From NCBI RefSeq assembly GCF_009914755.1, contig NC_060935.1: a stretch of DNA of 64,000 bases. One strand, 5' to 3'. The position numbers were made by a program, and so were the translations under genes. The notes under the pieces are model-generated. The model was given only the letters and a program-made list of their open reading frames with translations. It was not told where the DNA came from and searched no databases. The stretch comes from the human T2T-CHM13v2.0 reference genome, Homo sapiens. Shown one piece after another: positions 1 to 13,289 of the stretch. Each line of letters opens with the position of its first letter. Positions within the stretch are counted from its first letter, which is position 1.

Positions 1-594
1 ATTCTGGTGGGCTGGTTGGTAGGGTCTACCAGTAGGCTTGCTGTTAGAGTTCTTGGGTGGAATGATCCGGTGCATATGTCAGTGAGCAAGCAGGCCTAGA
101 GAGACTGATCTAAAGAGACTGACCTGGCACCTGGTCTGCAGAGAGCATACCTGGAGCCTGTGTCCACTGAGGGCAGGACTGGAACTTGGGTCCATGTGAG
201 TAGGCCTGAAATCTGGGTCCACAGGGGTGGGCCTAAAGCCTGGGTCTTCAGGGGCTGTCCTGGTGTTAGGGCAGGCCTCAGCCTGAGTCCATGAATCTAG
301 CCTGGTGCTGAGGCAGGCCTGGCATCTGGATTTGCAAGGATGGGCCTTGTTCTGATTCTATGAAGGTGACTTGGTACTGGGGTCCACGGAAGTAGACCTG
401 GTGGCTGAGACCATGGTGGATGACTTGGAACCTGGATTTGCAGCAGTAGGCCTGGGACCTGAGTTTTTTGTTTGGTTGGTTTTTTTGCAGTCTACTTGGA
501 AAGGCCTGTGTCCTGTGTCTGTTGGAGTTTGAAGCCACATGGACTAGTGTAGTCCTGGAGAAAACCTAGAGCCTGAGTCCACAGGAGCCAGTTT
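1..594 (-). mobile_element. Ancient L1 (L1M/L1MA-MB type) 5' region made of degenerate GC-rich tandem motifs
   Basis: Recurrent degenerate unit of the form GGCCTGGAGCCTGGGTCCACAGGGG (e.g. 203-240, 274-291, 566-590), which resembles the repeated 5' segment of old mammalian L1s; runs off the window start; strand inferred from recalled consensus. Confidence 0.55.
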
Positions 595-599
595 AGTGC

Positions 600-1480
600 T
601 TGTGTCTACAGGAACCTAAAACTAAATTACTATATGCAATTAAAAGGGCCAAAAACAAAAAAGTATCAAATGGGCAAGCAAGGATTCAGAACATTTCTCT
701 CTCTCATATTTTTTCTGAAGAAGTTACCTGAGAATGTACCAAAGAAAAATTAGGGTTAAAACAAAGAAGGTCTACCTACATTTAAATAAGAGTGAAAACA
801 AAGAGGATGATATTGGATAAAAGAAATTATGGGATGAAACCAGTTTGTAAAGAAGTTTAAAGCCAGTAGCAGTAAGGCAGGTCTAGAAAGCAAGTAGTTT
901 AGGTGAGAACTAGAAGCCAGTGGGCACTCCCAAAAAATGCCTTTGAGGGGAATAAATTAATTTCAGCATTGGAATGGAATAGGTAAATAAATGAAAGATA
1001 TTACAGTTATATGAAAATGTATACATTTAGTTTCTCAGCAAGAAAAAAGAAATTTGTTTAGAAACTCTAAAATAAACAAAAGTAAGGTCAAAATATGGAG
1101 CAAAGTGAAATGTAGAATAAGTTTGAGCAATGGATGAACAGTAGGAAAAACAATTCATATCATCTAGATGGTAAGACTGTTTTTAATTCAAGTATTCAAG
1201 AAACTGTCACCCTAAGCCATTGAGAAATAGTCATTCTACAGAAAATACCATTTACAAAGCTGTAATGTAAATGCTTTTTATTGGCTTTAAGCCTTTATAA
1301 TTGACTTAGAGACTAAATAATAAAGTAAAACATGGTTACAAAACAGAAGGTTAACATCAGTGGAAGTTAATGTTTAACCAATGGAGGTTGGGAGATGGAA
1401 GAGTGAAGTATGCAAACAAGGCTGGCTCAGTGCTGAGTTCCATTTTGTAAATGTTGAGTAAACAGATCTGGCTGAAAGTT
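600..1480 (+). mobile_element. HAL1 / old L1 ORF1-like relic
   Basis: A-rich sense sequence with motifs resembling HAL1 (TTTTCTGAAGAAGTTACCTGAGAATGT; GCAGGTCTAGAAAGCAAGTAGTTTAG); highly diverged. Confidence 0.45.
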
Positions 1481-1748
1481 AATCATACAGAACCAGCGAG
1501 TGTGTATTTATTTATTTTACTTGGTGCAGGTAGTACTTTGATTAAAAGGGGTGATATAGTTTGGATATGTGTCCCCACCCAAATATCTATTGAAATGTAA
1601 TCCCCAGTGTTGGAGGTGGGGCCTGCTGGCAGCTGATTGGATCATGGGAGTGGATTTCTCACGGATGTTTCAGCCCCATCCCCTTGGTGCTGTTCTTGTG
1701 ATGGTGAGTGAGTTCTCGGGAGTTCTGGTCGTTTAAAAGTGTGCGGCT

Positions 1749-2054
1749 GGCTGGGCACTGTGGTTCATGCCTGTCATCTGGGCACTTTGGGAGGCTGAGG
1801 CAGGCAGATCACTTGAGCTCAGGAGTTCAAGACCAGTCTGGGCAACATGGCAAAACCCCATGACTACAAAAAAAATAACAAATTCAGCTGGGTGTGGTGT
1901 CATGTGCCTGTAGTCCCAGCTACTAAGGTGGCTGAGGTGGAAGGATCTCTTGAGCCCAGGAGGCAGAGGGTGCAGTGAGCCCAGATTTGCCACTGCACAC
2001 CAGCCTGAGCAACAGAGCCAGACCTGGTCTCAAAAAAAATAAAAAGTAAAAATA
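1749..2054 (+). mobile_element. Alu (AluJ-like) inside MST LTR
   Basis: Dimeric Alu with A-tail; J-type CACTTGAGCTCAGG and GGATCTCTTGAGCCCAGG; degenerate TSD AAAAGTGTGCGGC / AAAATTGTACGGC. Confidence 0.92.
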
Positions 2055-2218
2055 AAAATTGTACGGCAATTCCCCCCGCCCTTGCTCCTGCTTTTGCCGT
2101 GTGACATGCAAGCTCCCACTTGACCTTTCATCACGGTTGTAAGTTTCCAGAGGCACCCCTAGAAGCAGATGTTCATGCTGTACTTCTTCTAAAGCCTGCA
2201 GAACTGTGAACCTATTAA

Positions 2219-2545
<327 letters not shown>

Positions 2546-5500
2546 ATCATGTATTTATTTATAGAATGCAGGAACGACCTAATACAAGGGGGAGCAAAGC
2601 TGAATGCATTGCAGATACTTGGCTAGAGTCAATCACTACGATGCCTATCCAGACTCCAAGTGCTTGTGTTTACAGGGACCTAAAACTAAATTACTATATG
2701 CAATTAAAAGGGCCAAAAAAGTGGATCAATTGTGTAGACAAGGACTCAGATCATTTCTCTCTCTCATATTTTTCTGAAGAAGTTACTTTCTGCCACCCCA
2801 ACAAAGCTGGTGAAAAACTAGCAGAGGATAAGAATACAGGGTTCCACGACTCTCAGTTCTGATTCCCCCTACCAGGCACAACTGCACTTCCCTGCTTCTT
2901 GTAGAGATTTTTTAATGCTACTTCCTTGCCTTCTTCCTAGATGTTGAAATGATGTTGCCTGAAGAAAAGATGTGTTTGAGGAGAAGTGCAGAAGTCAACC
3001 CTCTGATTAAGAGGTAAAAGGTCTAAACCCACTTAGATGAGTTTACCCAATGTAGTAAAATTCCATTATGCGAGCCTCTCCTCTAACCCCCTACTACACC
3101 ACGCCCCTAAGAGCCCCTATTTTACCTCTGCATAGGTTAGCACTCCCCCACCCTCTCAGAGGCCACTGAATGAAGTAAGTCAATTTGAGGTGTCTGACCC
3201 TGGTAAACTGGTAGTGTGCCCACATAACTGAATGAGTTCATCTAATTAGGGGTTTATTTGTTTGAGTTGTACATGAATATACCAAATTACATTATCAGAT
3301 GATAGTCCTGTTTCTGATTTATTCCTTCTTTGTTCTTCAAGGCTTCGTACATCTAAGCAATTAACCTCTCAAAGAGCTGGAGAACACATAATTATCCTCA
3401 TTTGTCTAAACGTCGCCAAGATGGCCGCCTTTCAATTAACCTTCTGGGGATGGAAGAAAGTTGGAGTGATATAGTGATCATTTTTAACCTTACTGTATGC
3501 TTTTTTAAAATGTAATTTAATTGAAATAGCCAGATGATAAAATAGTCAGATACTGTTTCCACAGGTAAAAGGATCAAGGGGGTTTTGAGGAAGAAAGGGC
3601 TTTGGAAAGTTGACAGAGCTAATAAAATAGATGATGCACTGTATGAGAGAGAAGTTAGGCAGAGCAATATACGGAACTGTATCAGTGAGCTTCAGAGCCA
3701 AGGCCCAATAGAATGCCAGGATGAGACGGCAACAAACACATATGCTCCAGCCTTTCATCAGCTCCAGCAGACCACAGGAGATCCAGGAGTAAATGATATT
3801 ATTGCTCTAAGCAGAAACATTAAAGAAAAAGAAAGCAGCTAATGGTTATGGAATACCTAGTATGTGCCAGCACTCTGCTAGGCACTTTTGGTCCAGGATC
3901 CTATGGAACATATTTCAGTTATATGAGAATATAGCAAATGACATCTGCCCACTGACAATGAGAACAAAAATAGGGCATACAGATGAGGACTTCTAGTATA
4001 GACACATTATTACATTATCCAGGCACATGGCTGAGAAATGGTTCAAAGGGGCATTGTTTTAACCAACATGTAGAATTAGTTCACAAAATAAGATAAACTA
4101 CCCTATTACAGCCATCACTAGCAGGCCTTATGGGTATTTCACTTACATATTCTCTGAGTGTCTGTGCATCTTTCAACTTGGATATGTACAAACATATTGC
4201 CCAGTAACTGATGAAGACTCAGATTGTGTTCAGTTCTGGGTAGCACTCTTTAAGAGTAATATCAATGAACAAGCATATTTACAGTAAACATATTATAGAA
4301 GAAATCATGAAAAAATTATAACCATTGAGCCTGAAAACAGTTCATTTGGGTCATATATGACAGTTCTCTCAAATGGAAAAAGAGTGTGTCACATAAAAGC
4401 AAAAGAAGAATTACTTAGAGGAAATGAGTAAAATCAATAGGTAGAATTTTCAGAATGATAAAAACTACAAATTTATATTTCACCAAAATTCAACTGTTGA
4501 GTTGTGTCATGTTGGAATTTGCCTCATGTTTTGAAGTAATATTATTTATAGTGTGCTTCTGCCGTGGTGATTATTTAAAGTGAGTGCTGAATGAGTATTT
4601 GTGTAAGAAGTACTAGAAAATGATTCCTATGCTGAATGGATAGACTGTAAAACTCTAGGTCTTTCTATTGTACAGTTATGTAACTATAACTCTATAACCT
4701 ACAATCCTCACAATCACAGGGCTAATGAGTTTGCCTAGAGGAATTAACATTTTCTTTTTTTCCCAACATACATACACTTTCTTTCTTCTCTTTGTAATCC
4801 CCCAAATGTAAGGGAGTACCCTATTTGCACAGAAGTGTCAAGAATAATGGAAAGAAACTCTCAAATGTCAATAACACTTCCATATGTGGAGATCTTTCTA
4901 GTTAGGATGCAATTTGGGATGGAAGAACAATCCTTATTATTACTTTATACTCAGCTATAATCAAAGGGCTTCTATATTAACAAAAGAACTGAAAATCAGA
5001 CCAAGTAGGTAACACAGGTCAAACGCCGCTGGATCCTTCTTACCCTATTGGTGTCATTAGAGTATAAGTGATTTACTCAGACTCTGATAGAAAGAACCAG
5101 AGAGATTAATATGATCTTTGCTCCTTGAGAAACACTGAAAGTTCATTAATTGGAGAAGGGAGTGAAGCTAAGAAATTTTCTCAGTGAATCAGAATAAAGC
5201 AGTTGCAGATAGCTCTAAAAATCAGACACAAACAATAAAATCTTTTCTTTACACATACATTATGGCTACCAGTGTCACCAGATATTAAACGATAATGAAA
5301 AAGGCTTAGCACTTTAACAAAATGATTTCTTGTTAAAGAATGCTCATTTCATACTGAGCATATTTAAATGGAATGGCCATCCCTCAGTCCCTTGTCTCAA
5401 GTTTTTTATTTTTAGTCTCATGGGTCACGGAGTTTCACTTTCTTTAAAAGAAGAAAGGCAGGTATTTAATAAACTTAAAGGGAATTTCACCAGTTGTCAT

Positions 5501-5714
5501 TTCTCTTCTCTGGAATTTTCTGACAAGCTGTGCTCTAACCTCCTGTGGTGATATTCATCAATAATGCATAGCAGATAACCCGGTGCCTCCACCTACATTT
5601 GTGGAACACCTTTCACTTGCCTAATGGAAACATGTCAGCATACTGCGTGGTTTGTGATAAAAGTGCAGTCTTTCAAGCAGGCATTTTTTTCTTGTTCTTA
5701 AAAAAATGCCCAAC

Positions 5715-6360
5715 TTTTTATTTTGAAATATTTTAGATTTATAGAAGAGTTGCAACGATAATACAGGGTGCTCCTGGATAGCTTTCACTTAACATCTTTA
5801 AAAACCATGGTACAATAATCAAAACTAAGATATGAACACTGGTGCAATATTATTAGCTAAACTGCAAACTTCATTATTTAGATTTCCTTAGTTTTTCCAC
5901 TGATTTCCAGGACTCCATCCACCATCTCACAGTGCATTTAGTTGTCCTTTTTCCTAAATCTCCTCCAATCTGTAGTAGTGTCTTGGACTTTCCTAGTCCT
6001 TCATGACTTTGACTTTGAAGAGGAGTGACCAGGTATTCTGTAGCATGCCCCCCTGGTTTCGGATCACTTGGTTAAGGTGTTGTCCACCAGAATCCTCCAC
6101 CGTAAAGTTACAGTTTTGCCCTTTCCATGCTCTATTCATGAGATGATAGCCACTAACTACAGCCCGCACTCAAAGGGAGGGAGATTAAGCTCCACCTCCA
6201 GGAGAGAGGGGCACCAAGGCTTTATGATTTGTTAAAACCAACACAATGATTGATACGCGTCAGAGGGGATTCGCTAAGACCGTGCGAATATCCTGCTTCT
6301 CTTTGATTTTTACCCCCTAATTTAAGCATTGGTCAGTGCCTCTTGCCTCTAGCACTGTCA
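5715..6360 (-). mobile_element. Old L1 3' end (L1MC/L1ME-like)
   Basis: TTTTTATTTTGAAATATTTTAGATTTATAGAAGAGTTGCAA start and downstream motifs typical of reverse L1MC/ME 3'UTR. Confidence 0.7.
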
Positions 6361-6513
6361 TTTTAAACAAAAGTTGACTTTCATGGGATACATAGATACA
6401 TTTAATATTAGCTCAGTAAAGAAACAAATGTTTAGTGCTTACAAAATATCTGTAATACAGTTGGTAATCTAATAAATATTCCCCATTTATAATCTAAGTA
6501 CACAAGTACATCG

Positions 6514-6675
6514 TAGTGGTTCTCCAACTCTGGTGTACGCTGGCGTCATATGTGGAGCTTCTGAAAAAGGCAAAGACCTGGGCCACAAATATTTCAGCTG
6601 AACATGTATTTCACGTAGAGCAAATTTAAGTGGACTAGAATCTGACGTAAATCAAAGGGTGAGAAACAGTTGTCT
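6514..6675. mobile_element. MER5-like hAT-Charlie MITE
   Basis: Terminal motifs TAGTGGTTCTCCAACT and GGGTGAGAAACAGTTG resemble MER5 TIRs. Confidence 0.55.
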
Positions 6676-6946
6676 ATTAGGAAGAATTCAGTTTTTTTCT
6701 CAGTTAAAAAAAAATCTATGATAGAATATAAAATAGCATAGTATGTCTACTTTAGGGTTTATGGTATTTTTTGGGATACAAGCTTCTTAAAAGTTGGAGT
6801 CATCCCATCTCTCAAATAATCAATAAGTAAAGTACCTATACTACAGTAAGCATAGTGGCATCCATTATAAAGGAGACACGATGATATGTAAGACATGACT
6901 GTGCCCAAAGTTGCTCATGATTTGGTTAGAAAGATGAAAACAATTA

Positions 6947-7456
<510 letters not shown>

Positions 7457-8085
7457 TCAAAAGCTCCAGGCTGAATGCAGGAGACCAACGCCAGTGACAG
7501 AGACGTGGTGGGTGAACGAGACCTGCTTAGGAGGACAGCGAAAGCCCCAAATGCCATCTGAACTTAATGTGGGTAAAACAAAGGAACATCAGAGGAGTAG
7601 CCTAATGACAGGGATATTTTAAAAGTAAGCCCTTCTCTTACTGCTTTTGTCTCTTGATGAACCTTCATATGGTTCTCCGCAAGCGAGGACACTCAATTAA
7701 TATCAGTGATGAACTGATGTGAAGACTAAAATGATCTTGGCAAATGGAAAAAATGGAAATAACCCAAAAGAATGACATTCAATAGGGCAAATGCAGGCAA
7801 GCGCAGTTAAAGAACAGATAGAACTGTCCAAAATATATCACAGGGATTGAATCCTGTGTTTAAGGATTGGAACGTTTTCCAGAACTTGACTCAAATTTAA
7901 CATGAGTTGCGTGATTTTGATTCTCACACTTGCCCCTTGAACTAGTTATTTTATGTCCACTTACCTTTGAGGAAACTTAGGCTGGGCGAATATTAGTGTC
8001 TTTTCCAGGACAACATAGCTAGCAGTTGTCAGTGAGGTCTTTTGAGGTAGCATTCACTGTGAATTATCAAACCACATAGAACCAT

Positions 8086-8255
8086 TGCGTGTGAGTGTGT
8101 ATGTATGTATATGTGTGTGTATGATATTTTAGTATGTGTGTGTACATATACATGTGTGTGGTATACATATGGAAATACAGTGTACACACACATATATGGT
8201 GCATATGTATATATGTGTATGTGTGTACCTTACATATGCTATATGTGTGTACACA
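8086..8255. repeat. Degenerate (TG/TA/CA)n alternating purine-pyrimidine low-complexity repeat
   Basis: Directly visible GTGTATGTATGTATATGTGTGT... tract. Confidence 0.9.
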
Positions 8256-8759
8256 AGCACAGAGATCCTCCCTTCTCTTCCCTATTCCTTCCAATGTAAT
8301 TCTTTCTTAAAATAATACAACACGCGTGCAATAATGGTATACACAAGGATTAACTTAAGGAGCAAATATTCAACTAAATAGAAACAACAGTTTGCCTCAT
8401 TTTCATACGATTCCCCTGGCTCTCACAATTGGCAGAGCCTGCATGAAAGAACCTGGAAAGCTTCTATTGTTTGTAAAGTGTCTACCTGTCATATTCCCTC
8501 ACCCTCTAAAGCCCCTGTCCCATAGGGTGGTGGCAGGAAGCCATTCCCAGAGAGGAGGAAGGGGTTGGTAGTACAGCTATATCTCACAGAAATGTACTGC
8601 AGAAAATGAGATTGGATGTTGTCGGCAATTGATTTGGTAGAGGCGAATGAGAAGATGAATGTAATTAGCGGAACTGCAGGCTACTCAGGACTTCAGCCTG
8701 GTTTTCTCAAAACCCATAAAATGCTCCACAGGTGCCCCCACCCTCCCCCACATCCTCCT

Positions 8760-9780
8760 CCCCCACAAGTGGTCTGATGCGAGCTTGCCCGTCTCTGTGG
8801 AGAGAATGAAGGTCGCCACTTAATAAGGCTCCCCCTCGGTGGAAGAGCTGTCACGGTGGAATTGTCTGTATTTATTTTAATAAAAGAAAGGTTTGGTTGC
8901 GATAGTGTCTGACACCGGGCACACTGTTTCTTTCTTTTTAGCCGTACAGTCTAATAAATATGTATCATTTCTAACAGAAAGTACTGGGTCAAACTCCCAC
9001 CCCAAGAACATGGGATTAAGAAGACGCAGTGCCGGCTGTATTGCCAGCTCCGCGCCGCGTGTCAATAAAACTCTGAGGTTCATCACGTTTCATTCGCTGA
9101 CAAGCGTGGCCTTCCAATTCATCTCTGAGCTGCCGCTTCCCACTCAGCATGAAATCGGACCCACCAAAAAGCAATTTCAGCTCTCGCTTCTGGCAAGGTT
9201 TCCAGTTTTGAGGCAGAGCTCTGGCACGGGGCAGCCTGGTGGTCAGGGAAGGAGAGGGGAAATGACATGCAGTTTACAAAGAAAGAAAGGTCATAAAATA
9301 ATTATAAAGTACATTTAAAACTTTTGCTAGCCCACGTCGGCTTAAGCCTCATCGCTCTTCATCACTGGAGCAGGCGATGCTCAGGCCTCTGTAGCAGTGG
9401 GCTGCGTTTACACAAAGTTGACCTCTGCTAGCCAGGGTGGGCTCCGAGGGCGCTTTCCACACCCCAACACAGGCGCCTGCTTTTTCCCCCTCATAGATCC
9501 CTATCCCCTTTGTTTCCTCTCTTCCATCTGAAAGAGCTTGGGAGCTCCTTTAAAATTTTGAGGGAGCCAGTTATTATTTCAATCTCAAAATGTAATGTCA
9601 TCCAGAACAAGACACTTTATCATGAAATTATAATGACACGACGCTTCGTAATTCATCACGTGCTTTATTTGCCGATTCATTAATTAATCCATCCAAGATT
9701 CCAGGATAATGGCCTCTAATCCTACAGGTGCAACAGTTCATGGTAACTGCCGTAAATTCCAATTACCTTTCCTGATTTCC
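8760..9780. promoter_or_regulatory. Candidate cis-regulatory element (CpG-retaining, homeodomain-motif-rich unique sequence)
   Basis: No recognisable repeat; locally high CpG; GTCAATAAAA (9061-9070), GGTCATAAAA (9289-9298), CATTAATTAAT, CTGTCA motifs. Confidence 0.5.
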
Positions 9781-10369
9781 AGGAAGGGCTTGGTAAGGAA
9801 TCATTCTGTTTATCAATAAGGTGAATATCTTAACCAGTATACAGTAAGAAACTCTATAAATTTTACAAAAATGAACATTCTGTCATTATAAATAGAAGCC
9901 ACTTTCCTGTGACCTCAAGTACAGCATTCATTTCCTATTTTACAATGATAAAAAAAGGATCTTATAGAAAACTTCAAACCTAAGTTTTAAATTTCCTATC
10001 CTAAACCTTAAGTCTCCTATCCCAAAACAAAGATATGTTCATTGATGTATTCAGTTCTCCTCCCTCATACCTAAAATGGATTCGGCCAGAAATCTGGAGT
10101 TGGCCCAAGATCTGGTTTCCATTCCATTTCTTTTGCATTCAGGGTCAACAGCTAAGCCCATGAGTTATGAACATGAACATCAGCCAGGAAAAAGAGTTAT
10201 CCAGGTGCCATTTTGGGTACGTTCTCCACCTGCAGGAAGCTGCCTGTCAGTAGCTATTGAGAGTCTGAAACATTCATGACGGTTGACATGGTATTTCCAC
10301 ACCAGGAAAGGTCTCCTATGAAAATGATCCCCTTTCCTATTTCCCTTGCAAAGGTGTAATAGACAAAAA

Positions 10370-10560
10370 TTATCATTAAAGTGTTATTCATTGCAATAAA
10401 AACAACCTAAGTAAACAGTAATAGAGGATGGGCTAATTATGTTATATTCCCAGGACAGGATATTATTACATAAAAATTTGAAATTGTTTATGAAAATTTT
10501 AAATTGCACTTGAATATTTAAGTTACAGTGTGAAAGAATAAATACAGTATAATGTAGACC
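10370..10560 (+). mobile_element. Old L1ME 3' fragment
   Basis: AAACAACCTAAGTAAACAGTAATAGAGGATGGGCTAATTATG resembles L1ME 3' consensus. Confidence 0.45.
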
Positions 10561-11667
10561 CTATAAAAATGCAAAACAAGACTGAAAGAATATCCAGCAA
10601 AATACTCTCTGCCTCTCTAGCTGGTACTGTCACTGAAGACTCCTCTTTCTGCCTACTTCCTTTCCTTAAGATGTTAAGACATGTCAAATAAAAACATTTG
10701 GAATTTTTAAAAATCTGAATAAAAAGCAATACAAGTCTATCCATAGTATTGGACATACTGTAATGCCACTGGATACCACATCAGTCTGAAAGGTGGTCGG
10801 CCTGTAAATATGTGTTTTCAATCTCATGGAGATAATATGTGCGGCACAGAGTAGAAAGTTCACACTTAAAACCCCGGAAGATGCTTCAAAAGCACATCTT
10901 CTTCTACAGTAATTCAAGGACGGAGTGAGGAACCTGCAAGAAGCTGGGGAGCTATGGCAGAGCACGCAATGCCGCATCAGAATGAAAGTGTAGAAGTTAA
11001 AGTCAAAATATCATTGATAAATCTTGACTTTGGGCTCTGAAGCTTGACAGAAAACCTATAGTTGGTTATGTTGGTGCCAGAGTGGAAACAGGCCGAGAGC
11101 ACTGGCTTATCGAAGAGTCTTTTAATGTTTTATTTGAGTAATGGGCCTTGCAAATTAGCACCCCTGCGGCCTGAAATACATATCTTTTCAAGGACACACC
11201 GGTTTTCCATTCGACAGGTGATACAGAAAGAAAATCCCCAAGGGGAGCTTTGATTTCTGTACTTTTCAGACACAGTTATATTTTATTCCAGCTAGGATGA
11301 TGTGGAAGATAACAGAGAGCTCTGAGGGTGATCTGAGGGCTTGGAGAGGAAATGGAGCAGAAAACAGTTCACAGTGCAAAGGAAGGGAGGGCTCCAGGGA
11401 GGGAAAATGGGAAAGGCAGAGGTTTCAATCCCTGCTCCAATCCTAGTGACACTTAATGGGGTCTCTGCCATCTTCCCTGCTCATGGGCAAGGGAGGGCAG
11501 GCAGCTCTCAGACAGATCACCCCAGTCCTCAGCAGGAACTGTGACTCCACTGCTCCTCACCCTTATTTGACCTCATTCCTCCCTCTCTCCGGAGTATCAT
11601 TTGTCACAAAATAGCAAGACAGAGTCTAGCTCAGCGCTGGCTTTTCACTGGGAATAGTTTAACTGGC

Positions 11668-11790
11668 TCACTCACTTACTCATCTGTTCAACACAGACTT
11701 ACTAAGCATCTACTATGTACCAAGTGTCATATTAAATGCTACAGATATACAGATGAGTAATGCACAATTTCTGCCCGTGAGCTGTCCACA
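11668..11790 (-). mobile_element. L2 3' end fragment
   Basis: CTCATCTGTTCAACACAGACTTACTAAGCATCTACTATGTACCAAG is a reverse L2 tail. Confidence 0.65.
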
Positions 11791-11807
11791 AATTGACAGT
11801 GTTCTTT

Positions 11808-12370
11808 AGTGTCAAGAACACAGACTCTGAAACTGGGGAAATTTGGATTTTATCCTCAGCTCTGCTACTGCCAACTCGGTGACCTTGAACAATGTATGCA
11901 TCCACACCAACTCCTTGTCATGGACTGAATATTTGTGTACCCCCTAAATTCATAGGTTGAAATCCTAGCCCCTAGTGTAATGGTATTGGGAGGCATTGGG
12001 GTGGGGTCCTCATGAATGGGATTAGTGCTTTTTAAAAAAGAGGACAGCTTGCTTTCTCTCTCTGCTTTCTGCCATGTGAGGTTACAATGAGAAGATGGCC
12101 GTCTGCAACCTGGAAGGGTGTCCTCAAGACACCTCAGCTACACTAGCACCCTGGTTTTGGACTTATAGTGCCTGGCACTGTGAGAAATAAATTTATGTTG
12201 TTAATAGACCATCTGTCCGTGGCAGTTCATTATAGCATCCTGAATTGACTGAGACACCCCCCATTTTCTCATCTAGTCTACTGGGATAATGATACCTACC
12301 TTACAAATTAGTGGTCGGAATAGAGGTAGAAGCATGTGAAGTGGATGACCCACAGTCGATGCTCGATAGA
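11808..12370 (+). mobile_element. MIR split by an MLT1A LTR
   Basis: MIR 5' half (CTCAGCTCTGCTACT...GTGACCTTGAACAA) before 11916 and core (TTTTCTCATCT...GGGATAATGATACCTACCTTAC) after 12256. Confidence 0.7.
11916..12256 (+). mobile_element. MLT1A-like MaLR solo LTR
   Basis: TGTCATGGACTGAATATTTGTGTACCCCCTAAATTCATAGGTTGAAATCCTA start; GAGAAATAAATTT polyA signal; ends GACTGAGACA. Confidence 0.88.
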
Positions 12371-12792
12371 AGGCATGTTTTAAATGACAGGTCGATCTGA
12401 CTTTCCAAACAAATTTATGTTTCTTAGAAAAAAAATTCGGTGCCAATTAATTTTCAGAAATCTATCAGCTAGAGAATTCAGCACAAGATATACTTTCTAA
12501 CACCAAATACAATTTATCACCAAAGGAAAGAAAGAAGGAGGGCTGCTCCAGATGAGAAGAGCTGCTGCTGAAGCTGCCTGGAGGTCTGCACTGTGGCCTG
12601 CACCTCCCATGTGCAGGCAGGTAATGAGAGCAGAGCAGACTCCCAAACTCACTCCAGCCATGTCCTTGACCCTGGTGTCACTGACCTGGGAATCCCAGAG
12701 GCTCAGAAGCGCTATCCAGGAAGTAGCATGTAGATTTAAGTGACCTGGGCTGCAGCGAAGATAGTCCCTGCTAAAAGACTGTGGGAACAAAA

Positions 12793-12829
12793 ATCTATCT
12801 ATCTGTTGTCTGTCTGTCTATCTGTCTAT

Positions 12830-12862
<33 letters not shown>

Positions 12863-12892
12863 ATCTGTCTACCTACCATCTGTCTATCTAAT
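12793..12892. repeat. (TCTA)n/(TCTG)n microsatellite
   Basis: Directly visible tetranucleotide array. Confidence 0.95.
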
Positions 12893-13289
12893 CTGAAAAA
12901 GCCAAATGCCAATTGAAAACCCCTGGAAAAATGAACCCTGTGAAGGATTATATGTGAATAAAAACTTTATCAGGAAAATTTAATTTAAATCACTTCTCTA
13001 GGAGATGCAATTTAATAGAATTTCCCTGCAAAATGTACTCTTCCTATTTGATATAACTTTAATACATAGTTTTTACAACACAGAAGTAGATGTAATTTCT
13101 ACTTTTAAAAAACCCAGCACTCTGAAGTCTAATTCCATAATTTTAAATTAATGTTTTCAGATAGATCTAAAACTGAAGGATCATTTATTAAGTACCTCGT
13201 ACAGGCTTGGCATTGGGAATATACCAGGTGAGTCTCTTATAAAACCAATATTTAAAATGCCCCCAAGATAAGAGAGAAGAAGAGTTCTT

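Noticed and set aside
1-594. Degenerate GC-rich repeats as a novel minisatellite or coding repeat
   Set aside because: Pattern resembles the known repeated 5' region of ancient L1 families
8828-8844. GCTCCCCCTCGGTGGAA as a CTCF site
   Set aside because: Needs a one-base gap relative to the CTCF core; not supportable without ChIP data
8893-9318. 141-aa ORF within the candidate enhancer
   Set aside because: Non-ATG start, no recognisable domain or exon structure; better explained as non-coding regulatory DNA
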